This document shows positions 33,808 to 46,700 of a DNA stretch of 64,000 nt, in pieces. Under the pieces are notes generated by a model. It searched no databases and was not told the origin of the DNA. It saw nothing but the letters and a program-made list of their open reading frames with translations. Each line of letters opens with the position of its first letter. Within the stretch, counting starts at the first letter, position 1. The translations under genes were made by a program, and so were the position numbers. Source of the DNA: Pavona decussata (Eukaryota); NCBI GenBank assembly GCA_977016875.1, contig CDRNST010000020.1, forward strand, positions 5,332,001 through 5,396,000. The letters run 5' to 3'.

Positions 33808-36800
33808 ATGGATTCACAAAAACATTACCAAGATCAACAAAGTGACCCTGGAATTGGACTAACACCAGATGAATTCCTCATCAAACCAAGCAACCTTAGA
33901 GACATGCCAAATACAACATGGAAAGAAAATGTCGCCTTAACAGGAACAGAGGTTAGTGATGTGCCCTTTATTTCGTTGGAAGATGCGTCGCCGCGTCCAA
34001 AAATAATTGAAATTTCGTCGAGTAAAATTACTGACATTACGGGAAAAAACACTAGGTCCAGGACTCTCACGGCTAAAGGCCGGGAGTATCAAAGTGGCTT
34101 GAAGAAAACCGCCGCGTTATCCAAAGATCACGAATTACACGCAAGACTGAGTAGCTTCGAAGAATTAGTACACTCTGGTCAAGACACAAGTAAAATTAAA
34201 ACTGAAATCACCGTTGTTACAAAGGAAGTAAATGATGCATTACGATTATTTGACGAGTGGATAGAGCTTTCAGAATGACCCAACTGAAATTCAGCGTGCT
34301 ACCGAAAAGCAAGCCTATTTGCTGGATACATGGAAGTCCATTCGTGCTACAGCTGTAAATGAAATTAAGAGGGTTCGAGAGGACAATGACTCTGTTTTCT
34401 CTCAAAAATCTCGTCACTCGCGAAAGTCAAGTCTATCAAGCGGAAGTTCACACAGGGACACACTGATAAACGTAAGAGCTAAAAGAGTGGCCTTGGAAGA
34501 GAAACTGAAGTTTTCAACAGTCATCGCAGAGCAAGAGAAAAGGTTAGGGCAGCTAAAAATTCAAAAGAAACTTGGAGAAGTCTGAGCGCAAGAGGCCATG
34601 TACCAGAAAACTGTGGAAGAAGAGGACAAAGCAGACGATTTTCAATCTCCCTTGCTGCCAACCAAACAGTACGATCCTATACCCGCCTTCCTGAGGGACA
34701 ATAATGAAGGGCTTACGTTAACACCAGAAGTTGTTCCTTCAGTACCGCGGAATTTTCAAGCATTTCCAACTGCAAGTGCCTCACCAATGTTTACGTCTCC
34801 CACCAGTAACACAGTTTATTCTAGTACACACACTAGATTCAGCCTTGGAACACAGGTCCCCCTAACTCAGAACACAACGTCCTCTTCATGCAAAACGGTC
34901 TATACCAGTACAAACACGAGAGCTAGCTTTGGATCTAATGTCCCAACAACCTTTGCCACACCCCACACGGACAGACCAGGTCTCACCTCTTCAAGAGGCT
35001 TTTGTGGAAATCCACCAGTTTTTATTCCATCACCCGATCCAGTTCAAACCCTTCCACCACAAGATTACCTGCTAGATTTCAGTGACACTTTAACCAGATT
35101 GACACAGCTACAACGGCTACCGCAGGCTAAACCGGATGTGTTTAAGGGAGATGAGCAAGACCAAACAAAGTTCTTCCTGTGGGAGAACGCGTTCGACAGC
35201 TTAATCAATTCAATACCTATCACAGCCCAGCAGAAACTGCACTTATTATACCAATATCTGGATGGTAAAGCCAAAAGGGTTATCGAACAACTGCAGTACC
35301 TTGTTCAAGACCCAGACAGCGCATACAAGCAAGCACGTACAATTCTCAAGGAACGGTTTGGTCATCCTGCGATTATTAGTACCAGTTTTGAGAAAAGATT
35401 GGCGAACTGGCCAAAGATTCCTCCATATGACGCTGCTGCTTTAGAGGAATTTAGTGACTTTCTGTACCAAGTTCAGATAGCAAGTCAGCACATGAGCGGC
35501 CTAGGAGTTCTCAATAACCCGTCACAGATCCAAAGCCTCGTTGAAAAACTTCCTGCTTGGTTCAAGAACAAGTGGTCAGACAAGGTGCTAAAGCTTCAGA
35601 AAAGCCATGGCAAAGATGCTTTCCCCTCCTTTAAAGACTTTGTGCTGGAAGTACGTTATCATGCTGAACGGACAAACATTCCTCAGATCACTCTCACTTC
35701 AGGAGCGAGCAGCTCAACACAGTCAGACCGCTCTAAGAACTCCAACCGTACACCTGGTAAACGATCTGCAGGCAGTGCTTTAACCAGCACCGTGGCACAG
35801 AACTTGATAGTGAAGTAACCTCTCCAGTCGAGTTAAACCAAACATCGAATGTTTTTGCAACTCAGAAACCAGACCCTAGCACCCCTGCGGAACTTAACAC
35901 TTATTGCTTCTATCACAAGATGAAATCTCATGCTATGAATGACTGTGAACAGTTTCAGAAACTGAGCTATGAGGAGCGCAAAGATTTCTTGTTGAAAAAC
36001 AGGATCTGCCTAAAATGTGTCAGCTCTAACGAACATGTCTCGAAGGACTGCAAAAGAGACAAGTTAGAATGTAAGATTTGCAAGCAGATGCACGCTACTA
36101 TACTGCATGACCCGACCAGACAAAAGAAAAAGGACACCAGTCAAACTAACTCCGCCTGTTCTCAAGTTTGCGGGCAAGGACGGCCAGCACGATCCTGTGC
36201 TCGAATAGTCCTGATCGAAGTCTTCCACCAAGACAATCCCTCGGCAAAGGTACCCACCTATGCAGTGCTGGACGATCAGTCAACAGATGTCTTTATCACT
36301 GAACCCCTTCTCGAGAAGCTTAAGGTCGAAGGCCAAGAAGTGAACCTTGAAATCAATACGATCACAGGCTTGAACAGTGTCCGCACCAAGAAAGTCAATG
36401 GTCTAGAATCCAAGACACCGAAAATCGTCACAAGTCCATCAAGATTCCTTTTGCTTATTCACAATAGAATATTCCAGCTAGTCAAAGAGACATTGCGACA
36501 CCAGAAATAGCCAGATCTTGGAAGCATTTGGAAGAAATCGCCTGTCACATTCATTACCATCCCAATGTGGAGATAGGCTTATTAATTGGCGGTAACATTC
36601 CTTCAGCATTCCAGCCACTGCGCATTATTTATGGCAGCGATAATGAACCTTGGGCTGAAGAATACAAGTTCGGCTGGACGATCATTGGTCCAGTGTGCGT
36701 CGACAAAGAAGAAGAAACATTGAACTGTACCTCAGTAAACTGCATCACAGTACAAAGTGAATGCCCTCAGAATGTTTTCACTGTGCCAACAAGCAACCGT

Positions 36801-39800
36801 TTCAAAGAAGAGTCCATAGTGTCCTTCGCCACAAGACAGCACCTTAAAGACGTTACCTCGCCTCAGCAAATAAGAGAGATGATGCAGTTGGATTATAGTG
36901 AACTCTATCATGCCCGAAACATCCCAGGCACTGAGAAAGGTGAAAGCGTAGAAGACAAGCGCTTCAGTGAAATCCTTACCACTGGCATACACAAAAATGA
37001 TTTGGGAAACTGGGAGATGCCGTTGCCTTTTAAAACAGATACTGTTTCTCTGCCAAATAATTGTGAACAATGTTTGAAGAGATTACTAGGCATCAAGAGA
37101 AAGTTCCTAAGAAATGGAGAACTATGGAACCACTACACCGAATTTATGCAAAACCTCTTCGACAGAAATCACGCCAGTGCCGTCCCATCAGAGGAACTTA
37201 AGACCGAAGCAGGCAAAGTCTGGTTTCTTCCGCATTTTGATATCTACCATCCGAAGAAACCTGACTAAATTCGGATAGTCTTCGATTGCAGTGCTGTCTT
37301 CGACAATCAGTCTCTCAAACTCCTCCTGCAAGGACCTGACATGATGAATACTCTCATTGGTGTACTGTCACGATTTCGGAAAGAAGAAATAGCAGTGACA
37401 TGCGACATAGAAAAGATGTTCCATAGTTTCTACGTAAACCCTGAACACAGAGACTACCTGAGATTCCTGTGGTTCAACGATAACAACCTGGACGGCCAAA
37501 TCATTGAGTATCGCATGAATGTCCATCTATTTGGGGCCGTCTCTTCGCCGGGCGTTGCCAACTTTCGTCTTAGAATGACAGCTGAAGCTGGGTGACAAGA
37601 GTTTGGTCCGGAAGCAGCGAATTTCCTACGAGATGATTTCTATGTGGACGATGGACTAAAGTCTTTTGACACGCCTGAAGGTCAAGGTGCCATCAAGGTT
37701 ATCAAGAAAACTCAAGCCATGTGTGCAACCGTCAATGTGCGCTTACACAAGTTTGCAAGTAATAGTAAGACAGTGTTGGAAGCTCTACCTGTTGAAGATC
37801 GCTCAAAAGACCTAAAGGATCTGGATCTCCGGCATGATATTCTGCCTGTCCTACACTCACTGGGTACCTACTCGTGCATAGAGTTTGACACGATTGGATG
37901 CTGTATTCAGCTTAAAGACAAACCTCTCACTCGCCGAGGGATTCTATCATCCGTAAGCTCAGTATACGATCCATTAGGCATTGTGGCGCCAGTGATTTTA
38001 GTGGGGAAACAGTTACTCCAGGAACTGTGCCGTGATGGCATCGATTGGGATGATCCTGTACCAGACCACATTCATTCATGATGGGAAAAGTGGAGATCAG
38101 AGTTACCCCTTCTAGAGAATATCAAGATCCCAAGATGTGTCAAACCCAGCAATTTTGGTGAACCAGTCACCACAGAACTGCATAGCTTCTCCGACGTCAG
38201 TTTCGTAGGCCTGGGTCAAGTAACCTATTTGCGCCTTGTAAACAATGCGAATCAAGTACATGTCAGCCTCCTTATGGGTAAAGCCAGAGTAGCACCACTA
38301 AAGTCTATTTCAATTCCACGTCGTGAACTCACTGCAGCCGTGATTTCAGTCAATGTGGCGTCAATGCTTAGCAGAGATTTAAACTACTTCGATCTAGTGA
38401 AGGTGTTTTATACTGACTCCTCCGTCGTTCTGGGTTATATACGCAACGAAGCAAGACGCTACCATACGTATGTCTCAAACCGCATGCAGCAAATCCGTGA
38501 CAGCTCAGATCCGACACAATGGCTTTACGTCTCCAGCTCTGACAACCCCGCTGATATTGCGTCAAGAGGCATAACTGCCAAACAACTCTCGGAAAATGAA
38601 GTGTGGTTCAAAGGTCCCGACTTCCTCTGGAAGAATCATTTGTCGGTGGTGAACCATGACCCTGCTCCTGATTTGAATCCTGAAGACCCAGAGGTAAAGA
38701 AATGCAAAGCAACGGCTCTCATTGCGAACCACGAAGTTACCAAGTGGAAAGAAGAGAAACTCTTCCCCAAAGTTCTAGAACTAGAATGCTTCAACCATTC
38801 TTCAGCGCTCGACCGCCTGAAAAGAAGCATCAGCTTTATCCAGAGAATGATTGAAAAGATTCGACCTAACAAGCAGTACAATAAACGACCAGTAGCTGGC
38901 CCGCCAACGGTGGAAGAAATGCACTTAGCAGAAGAAGTTATTCTCAAGTCAGTGCAGTTACGTTACTTCGAGAAAGAGATCCTGGTTCTCCAAAAGCTAA
39001 ATAAGGGTGACCACATGTTCCAGAACCGCAACAGCGCCCGCGTCAGAAGCGAAAAGTTGAAACAGACAAGCACACTGTTCAGACTGGATCCCTTTCTTGA
39101 CCAAAAAGGGTTACTCAGAGTGGGGGGTCGACTCAAGAAAGCTGCCTTAGCCTTTGAAGTGAAACATAGTAGAGACCAGCACCACCAGGGCCGTGGAATG
39201 ACCCACAATGCACTTCGCCAAGCCGGTTACTGGATAATCAATGGTTGTTCTTCTATCTCCTATCTGCCTCAGAGATGTGTTACTTGCCGCAAGTTATGCG
39301 GATCTGCTCAAGTCCAAAAGATGGCTAACCTTCCTGAAGAACGGCTTACTCCTGCCCCGTTTTTCACGTATACAGGCATGGATGTTTTCGGCCCTTGGTA
39401 CATCAAAGAGGGTCGAAAAGAACTAAAGCGTTGGGGTATAATCTTTACATGCCTATCATCTCGAGCCATTCATTTGGAAACGTTAAACACAATGGAAACA
39501 GATTCATTTATCAATGCTCTCAGACGCTTCGTCAATCGAAGAGGCAAAGTTAGGGAACTGAGATGCGACAGAGGAACAAACTTTGTGGGAGGCAAAAACG
39601 AGCTCAGTGCTGTTTTGAAAGAAGTCAATACTGATGCAATTAAGAACTTTCTCCTGACACAAGATTGCGATCTGATCGAGTTCAGAATGAACGTGCCAAC
39701 TGCATCCCATATGGGCGGCATATGGGAGCGACTTATTCGCACCGTACGTGCAGTTCTCTCAAGCCTTTTGCAAGACCATGCCCAGCAATTAGATGATGAA

Positions 39801-40307
39801 GCTCTACGAACTCTGTTCACAGAAGCAGAAAACATCGTAAATAGTCGCCCACTTACGATCGACAATTTGTCAGATCCAGATGCGCCTGAACCAATCACAC
39901 CGAACCACCTGCTCACCTTTAAAGCTAAAGTGGTGTTACCACCTCCAGGAAACTTCTCGCGGCCAGATCTTTACACGAAGAAATGGTGGCGCAGAGTGCA
40001 GTACCTGACGGAACAGTTTTGGGGTCGCTGGCAACGAGAATATTGCATGCTGCAGCAAAAACGCCAGAAATGGAACGAAACCAGCCCTAACAGTGAAGTT
40101 CGTGATGTCATCTTGATCCGTGACGAAACATGCCCCAGAAACCAGTGGCCACTTGCGAAAGTTACCGAAGTTTTGCCCAGCGATGATGGCCTGGTTCGTA
40201 AAGTCCGTCTGCTTGTCACTCGATCCGGTACCAGAAAGGTGTTTGACAGACCTATCCACAAGTTGATCCTGATTTACCGACAAGATGAAGATAGAAGTAA
40301 CGGTTGA
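33808..40307 (+). pseudogene. BEL-B gag-pol with multiple stops and frameshifts
   Basis: Gag LPQAKPDVFKGD, Zn knuckles, protease YAVLDDQS, RT WFLPHF..DIEKMFH..YVDDG, RNase H, integrase GMDVFGP..DRGTNF..GGIWE. Confidence 0.94.
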
Positions 40308-40464
40308 TTTGGAGTAGACCTTAATGACCAGAGTACGACCCCGTCGGTGAGCCAGAACAATTCTCAGGAAGAGAGACATTTATTTAGTGAACTCTGAGAA
40401 CATTTAGTTTTATTCATATTTGTTTACTGTAATTTCATACATTTTACCATGTCTGGGGGAGCCA

Positions 40465-40857
40465 TGTAACGGGCTCTCAACCGTTTAGGCATTGCGTTAC
40501 GCAACGAGACACATCACGTGTCATGACGTCTTTTCATACGGGACTGTTAAAGCTCCACGTGGAGCTGAGACGTCGCTGAACGTCTTGACTAGGTTTAAGC
40601 TTCGCTCGAAGCGACAGTTATTTCTCACGCAACCCGTGCAGATTAGTAGCCTTACAGTCTTTGACGATCTTGTTTGCGGTTCAACAGTAGGACTACCTCA
40701 AGCTGTATGTATGTTTGTTGATTTTCTGCCTTTCGGTGATCGCCTGATCTCAGTTAGTGACTTAAATAAACAGAGCCGATACGGATTATGTTAGACTTTT
40801 GGCCTTTGTAATCGTCGTTTCCGCACGCCCTTCTTCGAAAGAAAAGCGGTCGCCACA
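40465..40857 (+). repeat. BEL-B 3' LTR
   Basis: About 12 differences from the 5' LTR; preceded by a polypurine tract. Confidence 0.96.
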
Positions 40858-41225
40858 CTCAGTAAGAAAGATTCCCAGTTTTCTCTGTAATTGAAGATCA
40901 CGTTTTACCCTAGGACTTGCGCTGTGTTCTTCAAACGCACAGGAATTGCACTCAAGATTTGATAGAACTGGAGAAAGTTTGTGTTGCAATGATATTTAGC
41001 TTGAAATTCTTGAAAAGTTAGATATTGACCGTTTTCATTAAAAAGTTGTTGGATTGTATGGATACCCTTGGTAAACCATTCCTTTATAAATAGCGGTTTC
41101 CCATCAACTAAGATGTCTTTGTTATTGAAGAGAATGGTGTCAGTTCCTTGATCATAATTGTACAGAGTCTTCATTTCATCAAATGCAATAAGTATGTCTC
41201 TATAAAGTGTCGGAATGTGCCTTGA
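40858..41225 (-). mobile_element. L1/Tx1 LINE, piece 2
   Basis: HIPTLYRDIL..ILFNNKDI..LFIKEWFTKGI..FLQFYQILSAIP; joins pieces 1 and 3 in frame once the insertions are removed. Confidence 0.9.
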
Positions 41226-42040
41226 GAGCCAATGTCGGAAAATATCGAGAATCTCAAATCAGTTCTAAAAATTCGAATTTTTGCTGATACCACCCAAACA
41301 TCCCTGTGGGTGAACTATTTCAAGAAATGATATTAAGAAATCCCCAAGCGCTTTACATTTTGAGAATTTTAGAAAAGTTCGAAAATTCGCTAAAAATACA
41401 TTTTTTTATTCGGGAAATGGGTGCAAATTTTAACAATTTTCATCGAAACAGTACAAGCGCGCAAAAGCTCCTATTGACTTGATATTACTCATGTGTTTAG
41501 CAGACATCCAAAGCTTTAAGACCTCATAAAAAGGTTTGGCAAAATAACTATTGTAATATAGTTTCTGTCTTTTATTGTGTGCACCCTGATTGTGTGTTGT
41601 TTTGGCAAACAAAATAACGCCCAACTTCAATCGCCAAAAGTCGATCCTGGTATGTCATAGATTGAAAAAAATACTATACTAAACAAAAGAACTGTTATTT
41701 TATTAATTATACCTGAAGTTTCAGCTCTGCAAGTTAAAATGCTTGCGAGTAATAAAATTTTAACTTGAGCCCCCCAAGTCGCCGTGCGCGACAAGAACGT
41801 GGAATGTAAACAAAGGAAAACATATGCAAATCGAGGAGGAAATTATGCGGAAGTTATCACTTGCCCGTCAAAGCGCAAAGAATTGATGGAAATTCTGTTA
41901 TATAAACAAGTATTGCTATCTGAGAGACTAATAAAGCGAAATTATCCGTCCAATAATAATAAAAAAGCTATTCTGGGGCGGGAGGGCTAAGGGTCATGAA
42001 ATCGGGTCGGATGAACTAGCGCGGATGGTTCCGAGGTAAA
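41226..42040. repeat. Sola3 left TIR
   Basis: Reverse complement of ~51124-51955. Confidence 0.92.
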
Positions 42041-43733
42041 AAAAAAATCAATCATTTTAATTCCAAACGCTTCTAAAGAAGCTTTCAAAATGCACCATGG
42101 AGCAAACAAACAATGTCAGTAAAAGTAGATATTTTGAGGCATGATAGAAATTAACCATAAAATGTATAAAGTTTATTTTTAGAATATAAAGAAATGACAG
42201 AGGCTATTACGGGCCATCGACTATTCCATTTTAAATGGTCCGTCCCTTGGCTATGCTACGCGATATTAATTCCAAAACGTAACAAGATACAACAAAATAA
42301 ATCAGAGTTTAAAATAATCTTAGAAAAGTATAGTACTCACTTGGGAATTAGATTTCCCGCATCGCAAATTTCTAATTATATACATTTTAGAATTGTTTAC
42401 TCACTGACCAGTATGTCGTGTTCCGTGTTCCAAGTTTGCGCAGTTCTAACTAGAGTAAAACCCTCCGTCTTGTTTAAACATGTCATAAAAAAGACTAACT
42501 TATTTGTTCATTAGAACTATTTGTAGATAGGGAGTAAATAATCCTCACATAAACACAGAAAACGAAGAAGCCACTTCATCTTGTTTATTTTGGTGTTGTG
42601 TTACCTGTCACATTTTTCAAGTCACGTGTTGCTGTACACGGTATTGTAAAAATGAATTATAACATGTTCTTTAGTTATTTCCTTTAGGGTAGTCGCCAGC
42701 AAAACATCGCAAAATCGTCACTAAATAAAGGAGGACTGTGCAATCAGAACTAAAAGAATCTCCTAGTGCACCTTCGCCATCTCCGTTTATATCTAAATAA
42801 GCAAAATATTACTTCTCTCCAGAAATGAATAGGGATGCCAATCGCGCCCATGTCGGAGTTCTTTAGTTATTTCCTTTAGGGTAGTCGCCAGCAAAACATC
42901 GCAAAATCGTCACTAAATAAAGGAGGACTGTGCAATCAGAACTAAAAGAATCTCCTAGTGCACCTTCGCCATCTCCGTTTATATCTAAATAAGCAAAATA
43001 TCACTTCTCTCCAGAAATGAATATGGATGCCAATCACACCTGTGTCGGAGCCCTCAAGCCCCTTTCCAGGGTTATTCTTCTTCTCATCCCTGGAGTTAAA
43101 GAGACAGAAAGGGAAGTAAGAGGAAGAGACTCCAAGAGTCATGAGAGCTTTGGCGGTACTTTTCAATGACTTTAAGACCATTGATCCGAAAACAAATGAG
43201 AAATGCTTGTACCTCTTCCAGTGTTTTGTAAATTTCTGCCACGCGCTGCGCAATTTTTATAGGGAAATATCCCCCGGCTCTAGGGACAGACCATTAGAAA
43301 GGTTCTGGGGTGGGGACGAAGTACAAAAAAATAAATATTTTTGTGCAAAGGAAAATCTTATGAAAAAAATTCATGCACGCCGAGTAGCCTTAAAAATACT
43401 CCCGCATTGGCCTAAAGGGAAATGTTAACGAAAAAATTCATGCCACTCTAAAGTTCCCCACCCCCATAACTTTCGTAATGGTCCGTCCCTTACAACTGAA
43501 GTATTTGAGATTTTGGTAGGCTCAATTACCAGCAGCTGTTTAGGAAATGAGCCTGCGCTCCTCCCCCGAAAGTCTCTTCTCGGGATCGAACCAGAGAGAG
43601 CGGCGAAAACCTCCACTTATTTTTCTTTACTTACATAAAATATTACTTAAAGAAATGATCGACAGATTGGTGGAAGTAAAAAGGGAGGTCTCCTTCTCGA
43701 TGTTAAGGGACAGGACTTGCTAGAGTCACCTCT

Positions 43734-46700
43734 TCAGTAGTCGATTTCTTGGCTTTGGCAACTACAATCACTGATGGCTTCTTTAAGCAACTTCAGGTAT
43801 GGAGCTTTACGGCGAATTGGTGGATTAGGGATGTCGAGATTGAGGCCTTGGCAAATCACCTGCAGCAACGAAACCTTCAAGCTCTTCAATGTGTCTTCTT
43901 CTGCCATGGCACAGATGTTGTATTGGTCAAACAGTATTGGATGCTGGAGGGTGACAGTAGCCATCGCTTTGTCTCTGGCCGCAGAAAAGTTTATTTCTTC
44001 TTCAATAGCTATAATGTCGACTTCATGGGTCTGCTGGCGAGTTGTCGCAGAAAGACGGGAGAAATATGAAGATATCTACTGAGAGGTCAGAAACTCAGTT
44101 GATTTAAAAAGCCGCTCGCCATTCGAACTATGGGCACGTCTCATATCACGTGCTACAAGACTTGCGTCGACTTTCCGTCCAGTGGACTGACCAATGGTGA
44201 ATTTAGCAGTGAGATAGGCCTTCTGCTTTTCACTAAAACGATATGCCTTCTTAGCTGGTCGTAACGCCCATCCCTCTGCTAAATGTTCCCTGGATTGTTT
44301 GCTTGCAACACTGCTGGTTCTTAAGGTTGGCACAACACCGACGCCCTCTTCTAAAACCTGCTGATAGCCAAGCTTGGCAAGGTCCATAAGAGTGTGTTTT
44401 TCCAGGGACCGTATGCATTTCTCAGAGGATAGATGTTTCGTCAATGCCGAATGTCTCTGGAAAACCCTTGTACATCCACTCTCTGGGCAAGTGTATACAC
44501 CATGCTTGGTCTGACTCTCCTGAATGTCACTGGAACTCTCTTCTGTTTTGGGAGACTCGTCGTCATCAACATGCTTTTTGTCTTTATGGCCGAGAGACTT
44601 GAATTTCCCCGGAGAAAATGTAGATTCTAACCACCTGTTTTCGGATTCTGTAAATAGGGAAATTAAAAGTGTCAAAACGATGGGTAAACGAATAAATTCA
44701 GTGTATTGTGTTCTAGTTTTAAAAGAGCTTTGTATATTGCTATAGTTGGTATTATTTTTCCATTCCTCTTATTAGTTTTGAGTTGATCTTACCGATTACA
44801 TAGTGGGCGTGGTAGGCTCGCGCTTCGCGCGCGAGAATTCGCGCATTCACACACACAAATAAAAACGACTGTTTTGCAGTCTAAGGTTTTCTTAGCCATC
44901 CTTAATTTTTCTTAAAGAACATTTTAAAATAGTCCAGGGTCCCAAATGCAAACAACAACAACAAAAACTTCAAGACTGAATGTTACCTGTTGTCAAGGTA
45001 TCGGCTTTGATTCCTTTTCCTCTGCCAATGTCATATGCCCTCCATGCTTTGATACCACCTTCTGTAAACTCAAAGTTGTTGAGTTTACTGACATTTTGGA
45101 TCTTCGCTGTTTCGCTGATTGGTAATGCCGTTGTGATTGCATCCAGACACGCTACGCGAACGCCATCAATTCCTCCATGTGAGACAAGAGCGTCTTTTAA
45201 TTGAGTGGCATTCGTGACATCATGGCCTTCATTGATGAAACTGCGCATGTGAGCCTTACATGTGGCTGCAAGACGATCTGCAGCTCCCTTGCCGCCCTGT
45301 GGATCACTGAAATCAATGCGTCTGATTTGGACTCCAGTAGAATTCGAAACTACAGGGCACGCAAGGATCGTTGCGGACAAATGATAGCATCCAGCGTTGT
45401 CCTGCCGAAAATAGGCCTTCGTTACGTTTGGATACTCGGCTTTGACAGAGCGAAGCACATGCTGCATAATTGATATCACGGAGGTACTGTCCTGACTACA
45501 TGACTGGATGACGTGAATATATCCTTGCCACTGTAACTGACTGTCAGATCTTCTATAGACCACGGAAATGTGCCAGGATATGCCACGCTTCCCGAACCAG
45601 TCAGACTGCGATTCTCGGTACCTCTGCGGTAGAAACTTCATTGCCCAGTCGTTGACAATGAGTAATGTCTCATTGTCAAGAAGGTCAAGACAATCCAGTC
45701 GCGCTTGGTCTTGGTTAAAGGATCGTAATATGTGGCCCTGCCATGAACGGATGGCAAGCTTCGATGACTGCATGATGTAAATCGCTTCATCACGCTCCGC
45801 GTCATCAGATGAAAAATGGCAACGGTTTATACGATTTTCAATTTCCCTTAAAGTTTCGTTTAGCGCTTCACACTGCTCACAGGTACCTTCGTGATTGTGT
45901 TGACACTTCTCCCGGTAGTCTGGATCGGTAGCATCGCTCAATGAAAACGCTACACAGTGATCTGGCATGCTAGCTTCTTTCTCTAAATGTACCTGCAAAG
46001 AAGTCGATCATTGTATAAGCAATAAGCCTCATTTAATCAACTTATTTCGGCGATCGGCTACACACAACGACAGTGAAAGTCAAAAATTTGTCATCCCAGT
46101 TAATATTATTGCGCTTCTATGTACTTGCTACCCAAGTTATACGCCTTTCACACAAATGTTTTCCCACATGGGATCAAGATATAGCAATACTCACGCTTAC
46201 GTCACCTATTGATATTAATGTGCCAACACGAAGTGCATTACCCTGGGTCCAGACGTTTTTTTTTTCGCGTGCTGCGGCCGGCGGGAATCTTCGGCTGAAG
46301 CCGCGAGAAAAACGCGGCTCACTATAAAGACTTGACAAAAACCGAAAACTGGGCAATAAAAGTCTCTGGAACCCAGAGAAGAGGCGCATTGGTTCTCGTA
46401 ACAAAAGATTCTTTTTTTTTTTTTTTCACTCGTTGCAAATTTGAATTACAACAAGAGCCATAATGGCTCTTGATTACAAAAACAATGCGCTTCTATGTAC
46501 TTGCTACCCAAGTTATACGCCTTTCACACAAATGTTTTCGTACATGGGATCAAGATATAGCGATACTCACGCTTACGTCACCTATTGATATTAATGTGCC
46601 AACACGAAGTGCATTACCCTGGGTCCAGACGTTTTTTTTCGCGTGCTGCGGCCGGCGGGAATCTTCGGCCGAAGCCGCGAGAAAAACACGGCTCACTATA

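Larger units (their letters stand above)
33379..40857 (+). mobile_element. BEL/Pao LTR retrotransposon B, full length, decayed; 5-bp TSD CTCAG
   Basis: LTRs 33379-33772 and 40465-40857 (TG..CA, ~97% identical); CTCAG at 33374-33378 and 40858-40862; PPT ctgggggagcca. Confidence 0.97.

Noticed and set aside
38368-40379. Antisense ORFs overlapping BEL-B pol
   Set aside because: Shadow frames of a long coding region with no recognisable motifs.
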